A stretch of 64,000 bases of DNA from an uncultured candidatus Porisulfidus sp. (GTDB lineage: Bacteria; Pseudomonadota; Gammaproteobacteria; Poriferisulfidales; Oxydemutatoraceae), in assembly GCA_965215125.1 (NCBI GenBank), contig OZ244052.1:448001-512000 (forward strand), read 5' to 3'. Positions 39,822-49,547 of the stretch are shown here, piece after piece; position 1 is the first letter of the stretch, and every line of letters begins with the position of its first letter. The notes below the pieces were generated by a model that ran no database searches, was not told the origin of the DNA, and saw nothing but the letters and a program-made list of their open reading frames with translations. Both the position numbers and the translations under genes were made by a program.

Positions 39822-40940
39822 ATGCTGAATACTCTTCTCAAAAAAAAGTATCAAGTGCTTCTCGAAAAAGCGGATATAAAAATTAACGGCACCCGACCCT
39901 GGGACATACAGGTGCACAATGAAGATTTATACAAAAGAGTATCGCTACAAGGTTCCCTAGGTTTAGGCGAAGCCTATATGGACGGTTGGTGGGAATGCGA
40001 GCGCATAGAACAACTGGTGGTGCGAGTCTTCCGGTCCAAGATCTACGGTTCTATGAAATCCTTCTCGTATTTATACGATTTTTTTCTAAGTGTATGCCTC
40101 AATTTGCAGAAGATTAAGCGCGCTTTCCGCGTCGGAGAACTACACTACGACTTGGGTTACGAATTATTCGAAGCAATGCTCGATAAGCGTATGATTTATA
40201 GTTGCGGCTATTGGAAAACGGCAAATAACCTCGACGATGCGCAGGAGGCGAAACTCAAGCTGATCTTTGATAAGTTATTATTGAAACCCGGTATGCATCT
40301 GCTTGATATAGGCTGTGGTTGGGGTGGTGCCGCTCGCTACGCCGCCGAACATTACGATGTTTCGGTAACCGGTATTACAATTTCTAAAGAGCAAGCGCAC
40401 TACGCACAAAATAACTGTCGCGGACTACCCATAGAAATACATCTGCAAGACTATAGAAAATTGAATACACAATACGATCGTATTTATTCAATAGGAATGT
40501 TCGAACATGTAGGCTATAAAAATCACAAAACTTACCTTCAAGCCGTACGCAATGCTTTAACACCGGAAGGTTTATCGGTACTCCACACTATCGGTAACAA
40601 TACGACGAATTATATTACCGATCCTTGGATCTCCAAATATATATTCCCCAACTCTCTGATCCCTTCCGCAAAACAAATCACGACCGCTTGCGAAGATCGC
40701 TTCGTAATAGAAGATTGGCAAAATTTCGGGCTTGATTATGCCGAAACATTACTCGCATGGTTCGGTAATTTCAACGCACATTGGGAAAAACTAAAGCAAA
40801 GTTACGACCAGCGTTTTTACAGAATGTGGAAGTATTATTTGCTAAGTTGTGCCGGTGCTTTCTTGGCAAGGGATTGCAATACTTGGCAAATCGTCTTATC
40901 TCCGAACGGCACTCGGCAGTGCTATCACGCACCTAGATAA
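39822..40940 (+). CDS. cfa: Cyclopropane-fatty-acyl-phospholipid synthase
   Basis: GSLGLGEAYMDGWW, HYDLG, YSCGYW, LDIGCGWG, SIGMFEHVG, RMWKYYL. Confidence 0.96.
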   Translation: MLNTLLKKKYQVLLEKADIKINGTRPWDIQVHNEDLYKRVSLQGSLGLGEAYMDGWWECERIEQLVVRVFRSKIYGSMKSFSYLYDFFLSVCLNLQKIKRAFRVGELHYDLGYELFEAMLDKRMIYSCGYWKTANNLDDAQEAKLKLIFDKLLLKPGMHLLDIGCGWGGAARYAAEHYDVSVTGITISKEQAHYAQNNCRGLPIEIHLQDYRKLNTQYDRIYSIGMFEHVGYKNHKTYLQAVRNALTPEGLSVLHTIGNNTTNYITDPWISKYIFPNSLIPSAKQITTACEDRFVIEDWQNFGLDYAETLLAWFGNFNAHWEKLKQSYDQRFYRMWKYYLLSCAGAFLARDCNTWQIVLSPNGTRQCYHAPR

Positions 40941-40944
40941 CGCT

Positions 40945-40975
40945 AAAAAACCGGGGCAATGCGCACATGCCCCGG
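40945..40975 (-). terminator. Intrinsic terminator of the comEA-like gene
   Basis: CCGGGGCA...TGCCCCGG followed by T6 on the - strand. Confidence 0.7.
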
Positions 40976-41006
40976 AATCCACTGAGAGATATGATATATA
41001 AATCCC

Positions 41007-41360
41007 TTAGTTCTCTTTATCTACCCTAGAGCGAGTTACTTTCGGGATAGGTACTTCCTCGGTAGGCATAACGTGTTCAATCGGTAAAACTTCGTTCTCT
41101 CGATCGGTTCCTACGCTTAGCATATCTCTATTTGCTTCTAAAATTGCCAATCCTATACCGTTCACCTTCAACAGATCGTCGACACGCTCGAAATGACCGT
41201 GCTTATCTCTGTATTCAATGATCGCAGCCGCTTTCACCGAACCGATATTATGCAATTCCGTAAACTGCTGCATCGTTGCAGTATTGATGTTGACCTCGGC
41301 ATGAACAAAAGCGGTAAAGCAAAAAACTGCCGTTGTCATAATAGTTTTAAGTAAATACAT
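41007..41360 (-). CDS. comEA: ComEA-family helix-hairpin-helix DNA-binding protein
   Basis: Signal peptide, VNINTAT, IGSVKAAAIIEYR..HG.F..VDDL.KVNGIG. Confidence 0.88.
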   Translation of the reverse strand: MYLLKTIMTTAVFCFTAFVHAEVNINTATMQQFTELHNIGSVKAAAIIEYRDKHGHFERVDDLLKVNGIGLAILEANRDMLSVGTDRENEVLPIEHVMPTEEVPIPKVTRSRVDKEN

Positions 41361-41485
41361 AGTTTTTCTCCTTTAAGTTAATGAAAAGGACTATCTTAAA
41401 ACCCTACATAATGGCAATTTTCGGCAATCCGTTAAACGGTAGCAAATATCCGACGAACGGTCATAGACCGTTTGTATACTGAATG

Positions 41486-41672
41486 ATAGAACCGCCGATT
41501 GAGCCAAGTAAACCCGCCACTTGAGCCGGTAGGTCAGTCGGCGTGACTTCGTACGAAATCTAAATATCGTGTCCATTAGGGATATTACATATACCAAAAT
41601 CAATCGGCGTGACGTCGTACAAAACCTCAACATCGGTATGTAGGACGGACAAGCTAGGGCTTGTCCTCACAG
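41486..41672 (+). repeat. Repeat island H (degenerate) with GTAG-type hairpin GTAGGACGGACAAGC-tagg-GCTTGTCC
   Basis: ATAGAACCGCCGATTGA, two TCGGCGTGAC modules, AACCTCAACAT shared with islands D and G. Confidence 0.8.
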
Positions 41673-41721
41673 GCATAAAGTCATAGGGTGTGCAAATCGG
41701 ATACCTTATATGATGCAATGA

Positions 41722-42927
41722 TTATTTACTTTCAGTCTTTTCCTGCGTATCCTCCACTAGATCTATAGAATCACTGCTGTCCCAAGTATGGCAACTAGGG
41801 CATTGCCAATAGAGTTGGTGTGCCTTAAAGCCGCATTTTCCACACATATAAAAATAATCCGAACTGAGGTTTGCGTTGATCTCGTCAATCATCTGACGAA
41901 TCATTTTATCTTCGAATAAATTGGTTCCTTTGAGTTTCTCTTCCATGAAAATCTTCAACACTTGCAACGGTGCGCGCTTAGTCTTTATTAAATAGAGTAA
42001 AAACTCCTCGGCTTCGTCTATACGCTCTGCTTCAAACAAAGCCTGTATGTAATTCACTATATATAAGACGGTCATATCTTTGATATCCAAGTTTTTTACA
42101 TAGCGTGCATATTCACCCGGATTATACGGTGAAAAACATTTTTTAATTTTGGGCAATAAGATATCCGCATAGCCCGGGTAATCCGAAAAAGCCTGAGAAT
42201 AGTACTTTAGTGCTTTTTCTCTATCTTGCTTGCTCAATGCCAGATCCCCTTGAATAATCTCTACCCTGATAGACGATTGCTTGAATGCTTGTGCTTTGGC
42301 TAAATACTTCTGAGCTTTGCCGTAGTTATGCTCGGACAATTCTTTTTCGGCAAGTTCACAGTAGTAATGAACGATATGTCGGCTATAGTCCGTACCCAAA
42401 GTCCGCAATCGCTGCGCACATGTAATAGCCTGATGCCAAGATTTCTCGGTCTCGTAAATCGCGACCAAACACCGATAGCCTCTTTGGAGCGTTTCCGGTG
42501 TACCTATCTTAATCAACCGCTTGAATATCTCTTCGGCATTGCTCAGTAAACCGGCGTGCAGATAATCCTGCCCCAATTCGTACAGTGCTTCGGACTTGGC
42601 TGTATCGCTCAAAGGTGCGCGTTGTATAAGATTGCTGTGTATACGAATCGCTTTTTCCAGTTCGCCTTTGCGACGGAATAAATTTCCCAATAAAACATGA
42701 GTTTCCAAAGTCGTCGTGTCGACTCGAAAAAATTTAATGAAAACCTCTACGGCTTTATCGGTTTGTTGATCGAGTAAATAATTTAGGCCTTTGATATATT
42801 CGGGCGCAATACTGCGCTTAGCATTGTCACGCTGGCTACTACAAGCCTGCCATCCGCTCAATGCCGCTATCGGTAATAGTGCAATCGGCACTAAAACCCA
42901 ATACCAGTCAAATACTAAATTCCCCAC
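41722..42927 (-). CDS. lapB: LPS assembly protein B
   Basis: N-terminal TM, YIKGLNYLL..Q.DKA, LGNLFRRKGE, TPRs, rubredoxin CGKCGF...WQCPSC. Confidence 0.93.
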   Translation of the reverse strand: MGNLVFDWYWVLVPIALLPIAALSGWQACSSQRDNAKRSIAPEYIKGLNYLLDQQTDKAVEVFIKFFRVDTTTLETHVLLGNLFRRKGELEKAIRIHSNLIQRAPLSDTAKSEALYELGQDYLHAGLLSNAEEIFKRLIKIGTPETLQRGYRCLVAIYETEKSWHQAITCAQRLRTLGTDYSRHIVHYYCELAEKELSEHNYGKAQKYLAKAQAFKQSSIRVEIIQGDLALSKQDREKALKYYSQAFSDYPGYADILLPKIKKCFSPYNPGEYARYVKNLDIKDMTVLYIVNYIQALFEAERIDEAEEFLLYLIKTKRAPLQVLKIFMEEKLKGTNLFEDKMIRQMIDEINANLSSDYFYMCGKCGFKAHQLYWQCPSCHTWDSSDSIDLVEDTQEKTESK

Positions 42928-42981
42928 TATACATCACCGTTTTTAATACTACCGATACCGACAGCCGGTTTCGCCGTGTGC

Positions 42982-43326
42982 TCAGTCGTTATCGGCATTA
43001 TAGCCACCCGCTACAGTATCGTCGGGATCGACTCTGTTCAGGCGTTGGTTGACTATGCTACTGGGTTTGAAGTGAGGAATGTTTCGCCCGGAAACATGAA
43101 CGATTTCTTTGGTTTTCGGATTACGCATGGTTTTAGGCTTCTTAAAATGTAAAGTAAAGGAACCAAAGCCGCGAATCTCTATACGCTCGCCTAGGCTCAG
43201 TACCTGACTCAAATAATCAAAAGAACTCTGCACGGCGAGCTTAACATCCTCGTTCTGCAACCGATCTTGTTTGTCCGCTATTCGCTCTATCAAATGCGAG
43301 CGACTCACTACTGATTCGGAGTCCAT
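42982..43326 (-). CDS. ihfB: Integration host factor beta
   Basis: GERIEIRGFGSF, RNPKT, PHFKP; downstream of rpsA. Confidence 0.92.
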   Translation of the reverse strand: MDSESVVSRSHLIERIADKQDRLQNEDVKLAVQSSFDYLSQVLSLGERIEIRGFGSFTLHFKKPKTMRNPKTKEIVHVSGRNIPHFKPSSIVNQRLNRVDPDDTVAGGYNADND

Positions 43327-43344
43327 CGGATTTCTTTTAGTACC

Positions 43345-45030
43345 TCAATTTTTGCTGGAGAACAATCCTTTAATAACATCCCCCAATGAAGTCTTAGCAG
43401 GCTTCTTGGTGGTATAGCCTTTGGCTATTTCTTTTTGTTCGTCTTTCTCTTTTCTCTTTACCGATAAATTGATTCTACAATTTCTTCTATCAATACCGAT
43501 GATTTTAGCTTCTATTTCTTTTCCTTTTTCTATTTCTATTCCAACCGGGGAATCCTCGCCGTCTTTCTCATGCACCAGCTCGGAATACGGTATATATCCT
43601 CTCACGTGCTCGGCCAAATTAATCATCACATATTTGTCACCCGCACTTATCACCGTACCTTTCACGACCGAACCTTTGGGATATATGTTTAGATAATCAC
43701 CCATAGGATCTACGTCAAGTTGCCTAATGCTCAAAGAAACCCTGTTACGCTTAACATCGACTCCTGTTAGAGCAAACTTAACCGTATCACCTTTTTTATA
43801 TTTGCGTATCGCTTGTTCGGGGTGTTCTATATTAGAAATATCATTAATGTGAACCAAACCGTCTATACCGAAATCTCCCAAACCCACGAAAATTCCGAAG
43901 TCGTTGATAGATTTAATCCGACCTTCCATTTGGGTTCCGGGCGAATGTGCCTTAGCAAACTCTTTCCATGGGTTCGGAACACACTGTTTAATACCCAGCG
44001 ATATTCTACGTTTCTCTTTGTCAATATCAAGTACCATGACATCTATCTCTTCACCTTCGGATACGGCTTTAGACGGGTTTATAGTTTTATTTACCCAGTC
44101 CATCTCGGAGATATGCACTAAACCTTCCACATTGTCTTCTATTTCTACGAAACAACCATAATCGGTGATGCTGGTGACCTTGCCCTTGATACGTTCCCCT
44201 TTAGGGTAGCGTTCAATTAATCTATCCCATGGATCTTCACTCAGCTGCTTGAGTCCCAAAGAGATACGATTCTTTTCTTTATCAACCTTAAGTATTTTGA
44301 CATTGATCTCATCACCCACGGATAATACTTCGGAGGGTCGGTGTATGCGCTTCCATGCCATATCGGTAATATGAAGCAACCCGTCAAAACCGTTAAAACC
44401 GACAAAGGCACCATAATCGGTAATATTTTTTACTACGCCTTTTACAACCGTTCCACTTTCCAAATTTTTCAGCATTTCTTCTCGATCAATGCTTCCTTCC
44501 GTTTCTAACGCCGCCCGTCTTGAAATAACAATATTATTACGATTACGGTCGAGTTTGATCACCTTAAAATCTAAGGTTTTGCCTTCAAGATGCTCAAGTT
44601 CGCGCGTCGGCTGTATATCGGCTAGAGAGCCCGGTAAGAAAGCCTCTATACCCAAAATGTAGACTATAAATCCTCCTTTAACTCTCCCTTTCAGGACACC
44701 TTGAACCGTGCTACCAGCCTTGTAGATCTCCTCCAACCGCTGCCATGCTTCAATAATCTTCGCTTGTTCACGGGATAGCACCGTCTCGCCGAAACCATCC
44801 TCTAGACTTTCTACGGCGACTTCCACAAGATCTCCTTCATTGACCTCCAGTTCACCGTCGGTGTCGTAAAATTGCTCTATCGGTATAACACCCTCCGATT
44901 TTAATCCCGCATTAACAATGACACTGGTTTTGGTAATATCGGTTACCTTCCCTTTAATCAGAGAACCTATATCTATCTTTTGATTTTGCATTTTCTGCGA
45001 ATCAAAAATATCGGAAAAATTTTCCATCAA
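43345..45030 (-). CDS. rpsA: 30S ribosomal protein S1
   Basis: Repeated S1 domains; AGLKSEG, DGLLHITDMAW. Confidence 0.97.
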   Translation of the reverse strand: MMENFSDIFDSQKMQNQKIDIGSLIKGKVTDITKTSVIVNAGLKSEGVIPIEQFYDTDGELEVNEGDLVEVAVESLEDGFGETVLSREQAKIIEAWQRLEEIYKAGSTVQGVLKGRVKGGFIVYILGIEAFLPGSLADIQPTRELEHLEGKTLDFKVIKLDRNRNNIVISRRAALETEGSIDREEMLKNLESGTVVKGVVKNITDYGAFVGFNGFDGLLHITDMAWKRIHRPSEVLSVGDEINVKILKVDKEKNRISLGLKQLSEDPWDRLIERYPKGERIKGKVTSITDYGCFVEIEDNVEGLVHISEMDWVNKTINPSKAVSEGEEIDVMVLDIDKEKRRISLGIKQCVPNPWKEFAKAHSPGTQMEGRIKSINDFGIFVGLGDFGIDGLVHINDISNIEHPEQAIRKYKKGDTVKFALTGVDVKRNRVSLSIRQLDVDPMGDYLNIYPKGSVVKGTVISAGDKYVMINLAEHVRGYIPYSELVHEKDGEDSPVGIEIEKGKEIEAKIIGIDRRNCRINLSVKRKEKDEQKEIAKGYTTKKPAKTSLGDVIKGLFSSKN

Positions 45031-45045
45031 ATTATCTTGCCTCTT

Positions 45046-45720
45046 TCAGTTTAATTCAACCTTTACTACATCCATCAGCTCATCTACAACTTCGGCTATA
45101 GATAGATGCGTTGTATCCAATACAACTGCATTATCGGCGATTTTCAATTGCGCAATAGACCGTTCGCTATCGCGTTGATCCCTCTGTAGTAATTCTTTAT
45201 TTAGCGTGTCTAGTTTAGCATAAATACCGCGTTGTCTCAATTGTCGATATCTTCTACGGACACGCTCTTCTATATCTGCCTGCAAGAATATCTTCAACGG
45301 TGCATCGGGAAAAACGACCGTTCCCATATCGCGTCCATCCGCCACCAACCCGGGCAAAGCCCTAAACCGCCTCTGCATCGGCAACAAAGCATTGCGCAAG
45401 GCAACACTTTCTCCTGCCGCCGAGGCGATCTCGGCATAATCTTCGCCGTAAATATCGTCTTCCACAGGGATGCCGTTTAAGTAGGTCTGAATCTGCTCGC
45501 CATCTAAGATAAATTTTAGGTCGGTAGCGGCGACCAAAGTTTCTATTTCCAAAACATTATCTAAGGCAATATTCCGTTTATAGAGTTGCATACCTAGTAC
45601 ACGATACAAAGCACCGCTGATCAAAATGTGATAACTCAGCTTTGTCGCTAAGCGACGAGCGATCGTGCTTTTGCCCACACCCGAGGGACCGTCTATTGCA
45701 ATGACCGGTATTTCTGCCAT
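45046..45720 (-). CDS. cmk: Cytidylate kinase
   Basis: IDGPSGVGKST, ADGRDMGTVVFPDA. Confidence 0.96.
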   Translation of the reverse strand: MAEIPVIAIDGPSGVGKSTIARRLATKLSYHILISGALYRVLGMQLYKRNIALDNVLEIETLVAATDLKFILDGEQIQTYLNGIPVEDDIYGEDYAEIASAAGESVALRNALLPMQRRFRALPGLVADGRDMGTVVFPDAPLKIFLQADIEERVRRRYRQLRQRGIYAKLDTLNKELLQRDQRDSERSIAQLKIADNAVVLDTTHLSIAEVVDELMDVVKVELN

Positions 45721-45721
45721 C

Positions 45722-47017
45722 TTATACGGATAGATTAAACCCTATGCTATTCGCTGTTCCAACGAAATCGGGAAACGAAGTTTCAATATTTCGGCATCGG
45801 CGTACGGAAATAACATCGCCGGCAACGGCACCCGCCACAGCGAACGCCATGGCCACGCGATGATCGTCAAAACTCTCCACCACGGCACCTTTTAAGCGAC
45901 CCCCTTCTATGGTCATCCCGTCGCGATGAACTTCAACCGCAATCCCGCAACTACGCAAACCTTCCGCCATCGCCGTGATGCGGTCGCTTTCTTTGACCCT
46001 CAGCTCTTCGGCACCACGCAAATGTGTGTATCCTTCGGCGCATGCCGCAGCGATAAATAAAGCCGGAAATTCATCTATAGACGACGGCACCCAATGTCTA
46101 GGGATATCCACACCTTTTAGTTTTGCGAAGCGTACACGCAGATCACCGACCGGTTCGTTGCAGACGAGCTGCCGATCCAGTATCTCTATGTCGGCACCCA
46201 TACGGCGAAGAATCCGTATTGCACCGCTGCGCGTATCGTTTAAGCCTACGTTTTCTATAACAATATCGCTATTCGGAACTATAGAAGCTGCGACTATCAG
46301 AAATGTAGCCGAAGAAATATCACCCGGCACATCGATGTGCGTTGCTTTGAGGCGACTGCCTCCCGTCAAGCGCACCATAAGCCCTTGCCGCTCAACCCGA
46401 TAACCAAAGTTACTCAACATTCGTTCGCTGTGATCACGGCTCGGCGTCGGTTCAACGATAACGGTCTCTCCGTGTGCATCTACGCCGGCGAGCAATAATG
46501 CCGATTTGACTTGTGCGCTTGCAATCTTCAGTTCGGTACGCACGCCCTGCAGATGTTTGACGGGTTTGATAATCACCGGTGGCGTACCGTGTTCCGAAGT
46601 ATCAATATCTGCGCCCATCTTCAATAGAGGATCAACGACTCGGCGCATCGGACGACGGCTTAAGGAAGCATCGCCGCTTAAGGTTAGCGAAATTTTCTTT
46701 CCCGCCAACAATCCGGTGAGCAGGCGTATAGAAGTTCCCGAATTACCCAAATCTATAACTTGATCGTCGGCGCATAATCCGCCGCTACAACCGTGCACTC
46801 GTATTAAATCATCTGCAGACTCTATGTGCACCCCCAATCGGATTAGGGCTTGCATCGTTGCCAGGCAATCGGCACTATGCAAAAAATTAGATACCTCGCT
46901 GATACCGTCGGCAATCGCGGCAAACATTAGTGCGCGATGGGATATTGACTTATCGCCGGCAACACCGACTATGCCGTTCAAAGATTCGACAGGGCTGGAA
47001 TAAAGGGTGTCCGGCAT
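45722..47017 (-). CDS. aroA: EPSP synthase
   Basis: GDKSISHR, GNSGTSIR, ASAQVKS, ELRVKESDRI, DDHRVAM. Confidence 0.97.
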   Translation of the reverse strand: MPDTLYSSPVESLNGIVGVAGDKSISHRALMFAAIADGISEVSNFLHSADCLATMQALIRLGVHIESADDLIRVHGCSGGLCADDQVIDLGNSGTSIRLLTGLLAGKKISLTLSGDASLSRRPMRRVVDPLLKMGADIDTSEHGTPPVIIKPVKHLQGVRTELKIASAQVKSALLLAGVDAHGETVIVEPTPSRDHSERMLSNFGYRVERQGLMVRLTGGSRLKATHIDVPGDISSATFLIVAASIVPNSDIVIENVGLNDTRSGAIRILRRMGADIEILDRQLVCNEPVGDLRVRFAKLKGVDIPRHWVPSSIDEFPALFIAAACAEGYTHLRGAEELRVKESDRITAMAEGLRSCGIAVEVHRDGMTIEGGRLKGAVVESFDDHRVAMAFAVAGAVAGDVISVRRCRNIETSFPDFVGTANSIGFNLSV

Positions 47018-47054
47018 CGTTATATTTTTAAGCGCATTATGCGAAAATTTCGAG

Positions 47055-47921
47055 TTAGTCTTTGAGATTCAAATTTTTCTTTTCGGCTACCGTTTTTTCC
47101 AATAATTCGAGCAACCGGTCGTTGTGTTTGCTTTCTATCATCTTGCGTATTGCACACACGCTTTTCTCAAAGGCTTTTATAGATCGGAGTAGATAACCTT
47201 CGTTTGCAATAAATACATCTCGCCACATCGTCGGATTACTCGCTGCGATACGCGTAAAGTCTTTCAAACCACCGGCGGAAAAACCGGTGTTTACACCGGA
47301 CTGCTCCAGCGAGTTTATCAGTGCATAAGCGACGATATGCGGCAAGTGGCTCGTCGCAGCAAACAATTCATCGTGCCGTGCCGCCGATAATACTTCAATT
47401 TTAGCCCCGACTTTGCGCCACAAGTCTCTTACTACATTCACTGCGATCTCGTCGGTTTGTTGCTCCGGCGTTAGAAACACATATCGCGAAATAAACAAAT
47501 CCTTTGCTGCCGTAACCGGGCCGCTATTCTCGGTTCCTGCGATAGGGTGCGCCGGTACCATGCGAGTAGGCATATTGCCCCAAACCGAACACGCATCGGC
47601 GATTACACTGCACTTAACACTACCTACATCGGTGATGACAGTCGACTCGGCTGCGCTTTTGATATGCTCAAAAATACTGCGAACTGCACCTATGGGCGTT
47701 GCCACAACTAAAATATCGCAGTGTTCGACAAGCGCAAGCGGGTTCTCTTTGAATCCGTCAAATGCCGCCCTTTCCATCGCCTGCCTTGCGTGCGTCTCGT
47801 CGGTATCGCATCCTAAGATACTTTGATCGGGGTCATGATTTTTTAGTGCCAATGCCAACGACGTACCGATTAGACCGGTACCGACGATGCCGACAACGGA
47901 ATGATCTATGTCTTCCATCAT
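47055..47921 (-). CDS. tyrA: Prephenate/arogenate dehydrogenase
   Basis: GTGLIG, TDVGSVK, HPIAGTE, HD...A.TSHLPH, DFTRIAAS. Confidence 0.92.
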   Translation of the reverse strand: MMEDIDHSVVGIVGTGLIGTSLALALKNHDPDQSILGCDTDETHARQAMERAAFDGFKENPLALVEHCDILVVATPIGAVRSIFEHIKSAAESTVITDVGSVKCSVIADACSVWGNMPTRMVPAHPIAGTENSGPVTAAKDLFISRYVFLTPEQQTDEIAVNVVRDLWRKVGAKIEVLSAARHDELFAATSHLPHIVAYALINSLEQSGVNTGFSAGGLKDFTRIAASNPTMWRDVFIANEGYLLRSIKAFEKSVCAIRKMIESKHNDRLLELLEKTVAEKKNLNLKD

Positions 47922-49042
47922 TCGCGTTCCAGTATTCGCTTTAGCGTCTCTAAAAAACGTCGGTTTTGTTCCGCAGAACCTACCGTCACTCGTAAATGCC
48001 GTGGCATATCGTAATTTTCTATCGCGCGTATAATCACACCCTGTTCCAACAATGCATTATAAATTACCGGTGCCCGGGCTCCGACTTCTATGCATAAAAA
48101 ATTAGCCGCCGACGGCAAACAATTCAAACCTAGTTTGTTACATCCGTCCGATAAATAAGCCAAACCTTCGCTATTCAACCGTATGCTCTTCTCGAGATGT
48201 GCCGTATCGTCGAGTGATGCAATCGCGGCTTTCAACGCTAAAACATTATTATTAAAAGGTTGACGCAAGCGGTTGAATAAATCGGCAATCTCAACCGATG
48301 AGAATGCATAACCTATGCGCAAACCGGCGAGTGCATAAATTTTAGAGAAAGTTTGAGTAACAATCAGGTTCGGGTATTCATCCAACCACTTTGACATATC
48401 GGGATAGTCGGAAACTTGTGCGTATTCTGCATACGCTTGATCGACGACAACGACGATATGCTCGTCTATAGACCGCATGAACTTTCTAAGATCGCCTTCT
48501 TTAAGCCAAGTGCCTGTGGGATTATTGGGGTTGGCAATAAATACAACTGCGGTACGCTCGTCTATCACATCTAAAAAACGGTTCAAGTCGTGTCCGTAAG
48601 GCATCTCGTCATCGGTGGTTCTCGGTATCGCCCGATGCGCTGCCGCACCCGAGATTCGGGTTGCCAAAGCATACACTTCGAAGGCATGCTCGGAATAAAC
48701 TGCATTTTTACTTTTATCCAAAAAGCAACGGGCAACGAATTCCAACAACTCGTTAGAACCGTTGCCTAGAGTAATCCGGTTGGCCGAAATACCGTGCCGT
48801 TCGGCAAGCCTGGCTTTGAGTAGCAAGCCACTACCACTCGGATAAAGATGTACCTGATCGGCGTGGTCGCCCATCGCTGCTATCGCATGAGGGCTGGGAC
48901 CCAAAGCGTTCTCGTTCGAGGACAGCTTAATCGCTTCAAGTGTCGTAGACGATTTCCCCAAATCCTCGACACTCTTACCCGGTTGATAAGGTTTTATATC
49001 GAGTAAGGGGGGCAAGCAATGTTGTTCGGGCTTAAAAGTCAT
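47918..49042 (-). CDS. hisC: Histidinol-phosphate aminotransferase
   Basis: KLSSNEN, GNGSNE, NPNNPTG, TFSKIYALAGLRIG. Confidence 0.95.
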   Translation of the reverse strand: MTFKPEQHCLPPLLDIKPYQPGKSVEDLGKSSTTLEAIKLSSNENALGPSPHAIAAMGDHADQVHLYPSGSGLLLKARLAERHGISANRITLGNGSNELLEFVARCFLDKSKNAVYSEHAFEVYALATRISGAAAHRAIPRTTDDEMPYGHDLNRFLDVIDERTAVVFIANPNNPTGTWLKEGDLRKFMRSIDEHIVVVVDQAYAEYAQVSDYPDMSKWLDEYPNLIVTQTFSKIYALAGLRIGYAFSSVEIADLFNRLRQPFNNNVLALKAAIASLDDTAHLEKSIRLNSEGLAYLSDGCNKLGLNCLPSAANFLCIEVGARAPVIYNALLEQGVIIRAIENYDMPRHLRVTVGSAEQNRRFLETLKRILERE

Positions 49043-49547
49043 CGTTTTTTGTCTCTATCGGTAGTTGATTATAAAATCCTAAACATCCATCCTCTATCAA
49101 ATCGAATATATGCGTATAAACATTCATCGCATTGTCCGTCTCTTGCATCAATACCTCTTGATTGCCGAAGTATTTTGAATAAGACATTATATACTCGGGT
49201 TTGTTGTTCCCTTCCATCCAACGCCGAACCGGTTCATAATGCGCTTGTTCAAAGATGAATACCCGATTATAGCTTTGCGGGTTCAGATCTCGCAACGGTG
49301 TTGAACGATAAGCGGATAAATCATAGCCACGCCTTGAAGCAACATCGTTTATCATTGCATCACAGGGGCAACCGTAGCAAGCCTGAATACCTGCCGAGTC
49401 AACATGCATCGCCAGGGATGTTTGATTTTTAATATACTCGAAAACCGCGTGTCCGACGATCGAACGACACGTATTCAGAGCACATACGAAAAGTAATGCC
49501 GGGGTATTAAACTGTGTCTTCGGCGGTCTTGGCATCCTCTTTTTCAA
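49032..49547 (-). CDS. Low-molecular-weight protein tyrosine phosphatase-like protein (divergent)
   Basis: [11 protein letters not shown] (CX5R P-loop), VDSAG, RRGYDLS; the DPY motif is absent. Confidence 0.8.
   Translation of the reverse strand: MKKRMPRPPKTQFNTPALLFVCALNTCRSIVGHAVFEYIKNQTSLAMHVDSAGIQACYGCPCDAMINDVASRRGYDLSAYRSTPLRDLNPQSYNRVFIFEQAHYEPVRRWMEGNNKPEYIMSYSKYFGNQEVLMQETDNAMNVYTHIFDLIEDGCLGFYNQLPIETKNDDF

Noticed and set aside
12014-41672. Palindromic repeats as a CRISPR array
   Set aside because: They are dispersed, mosaic and irregular, with no unique spacers of constant length and no cas genes.
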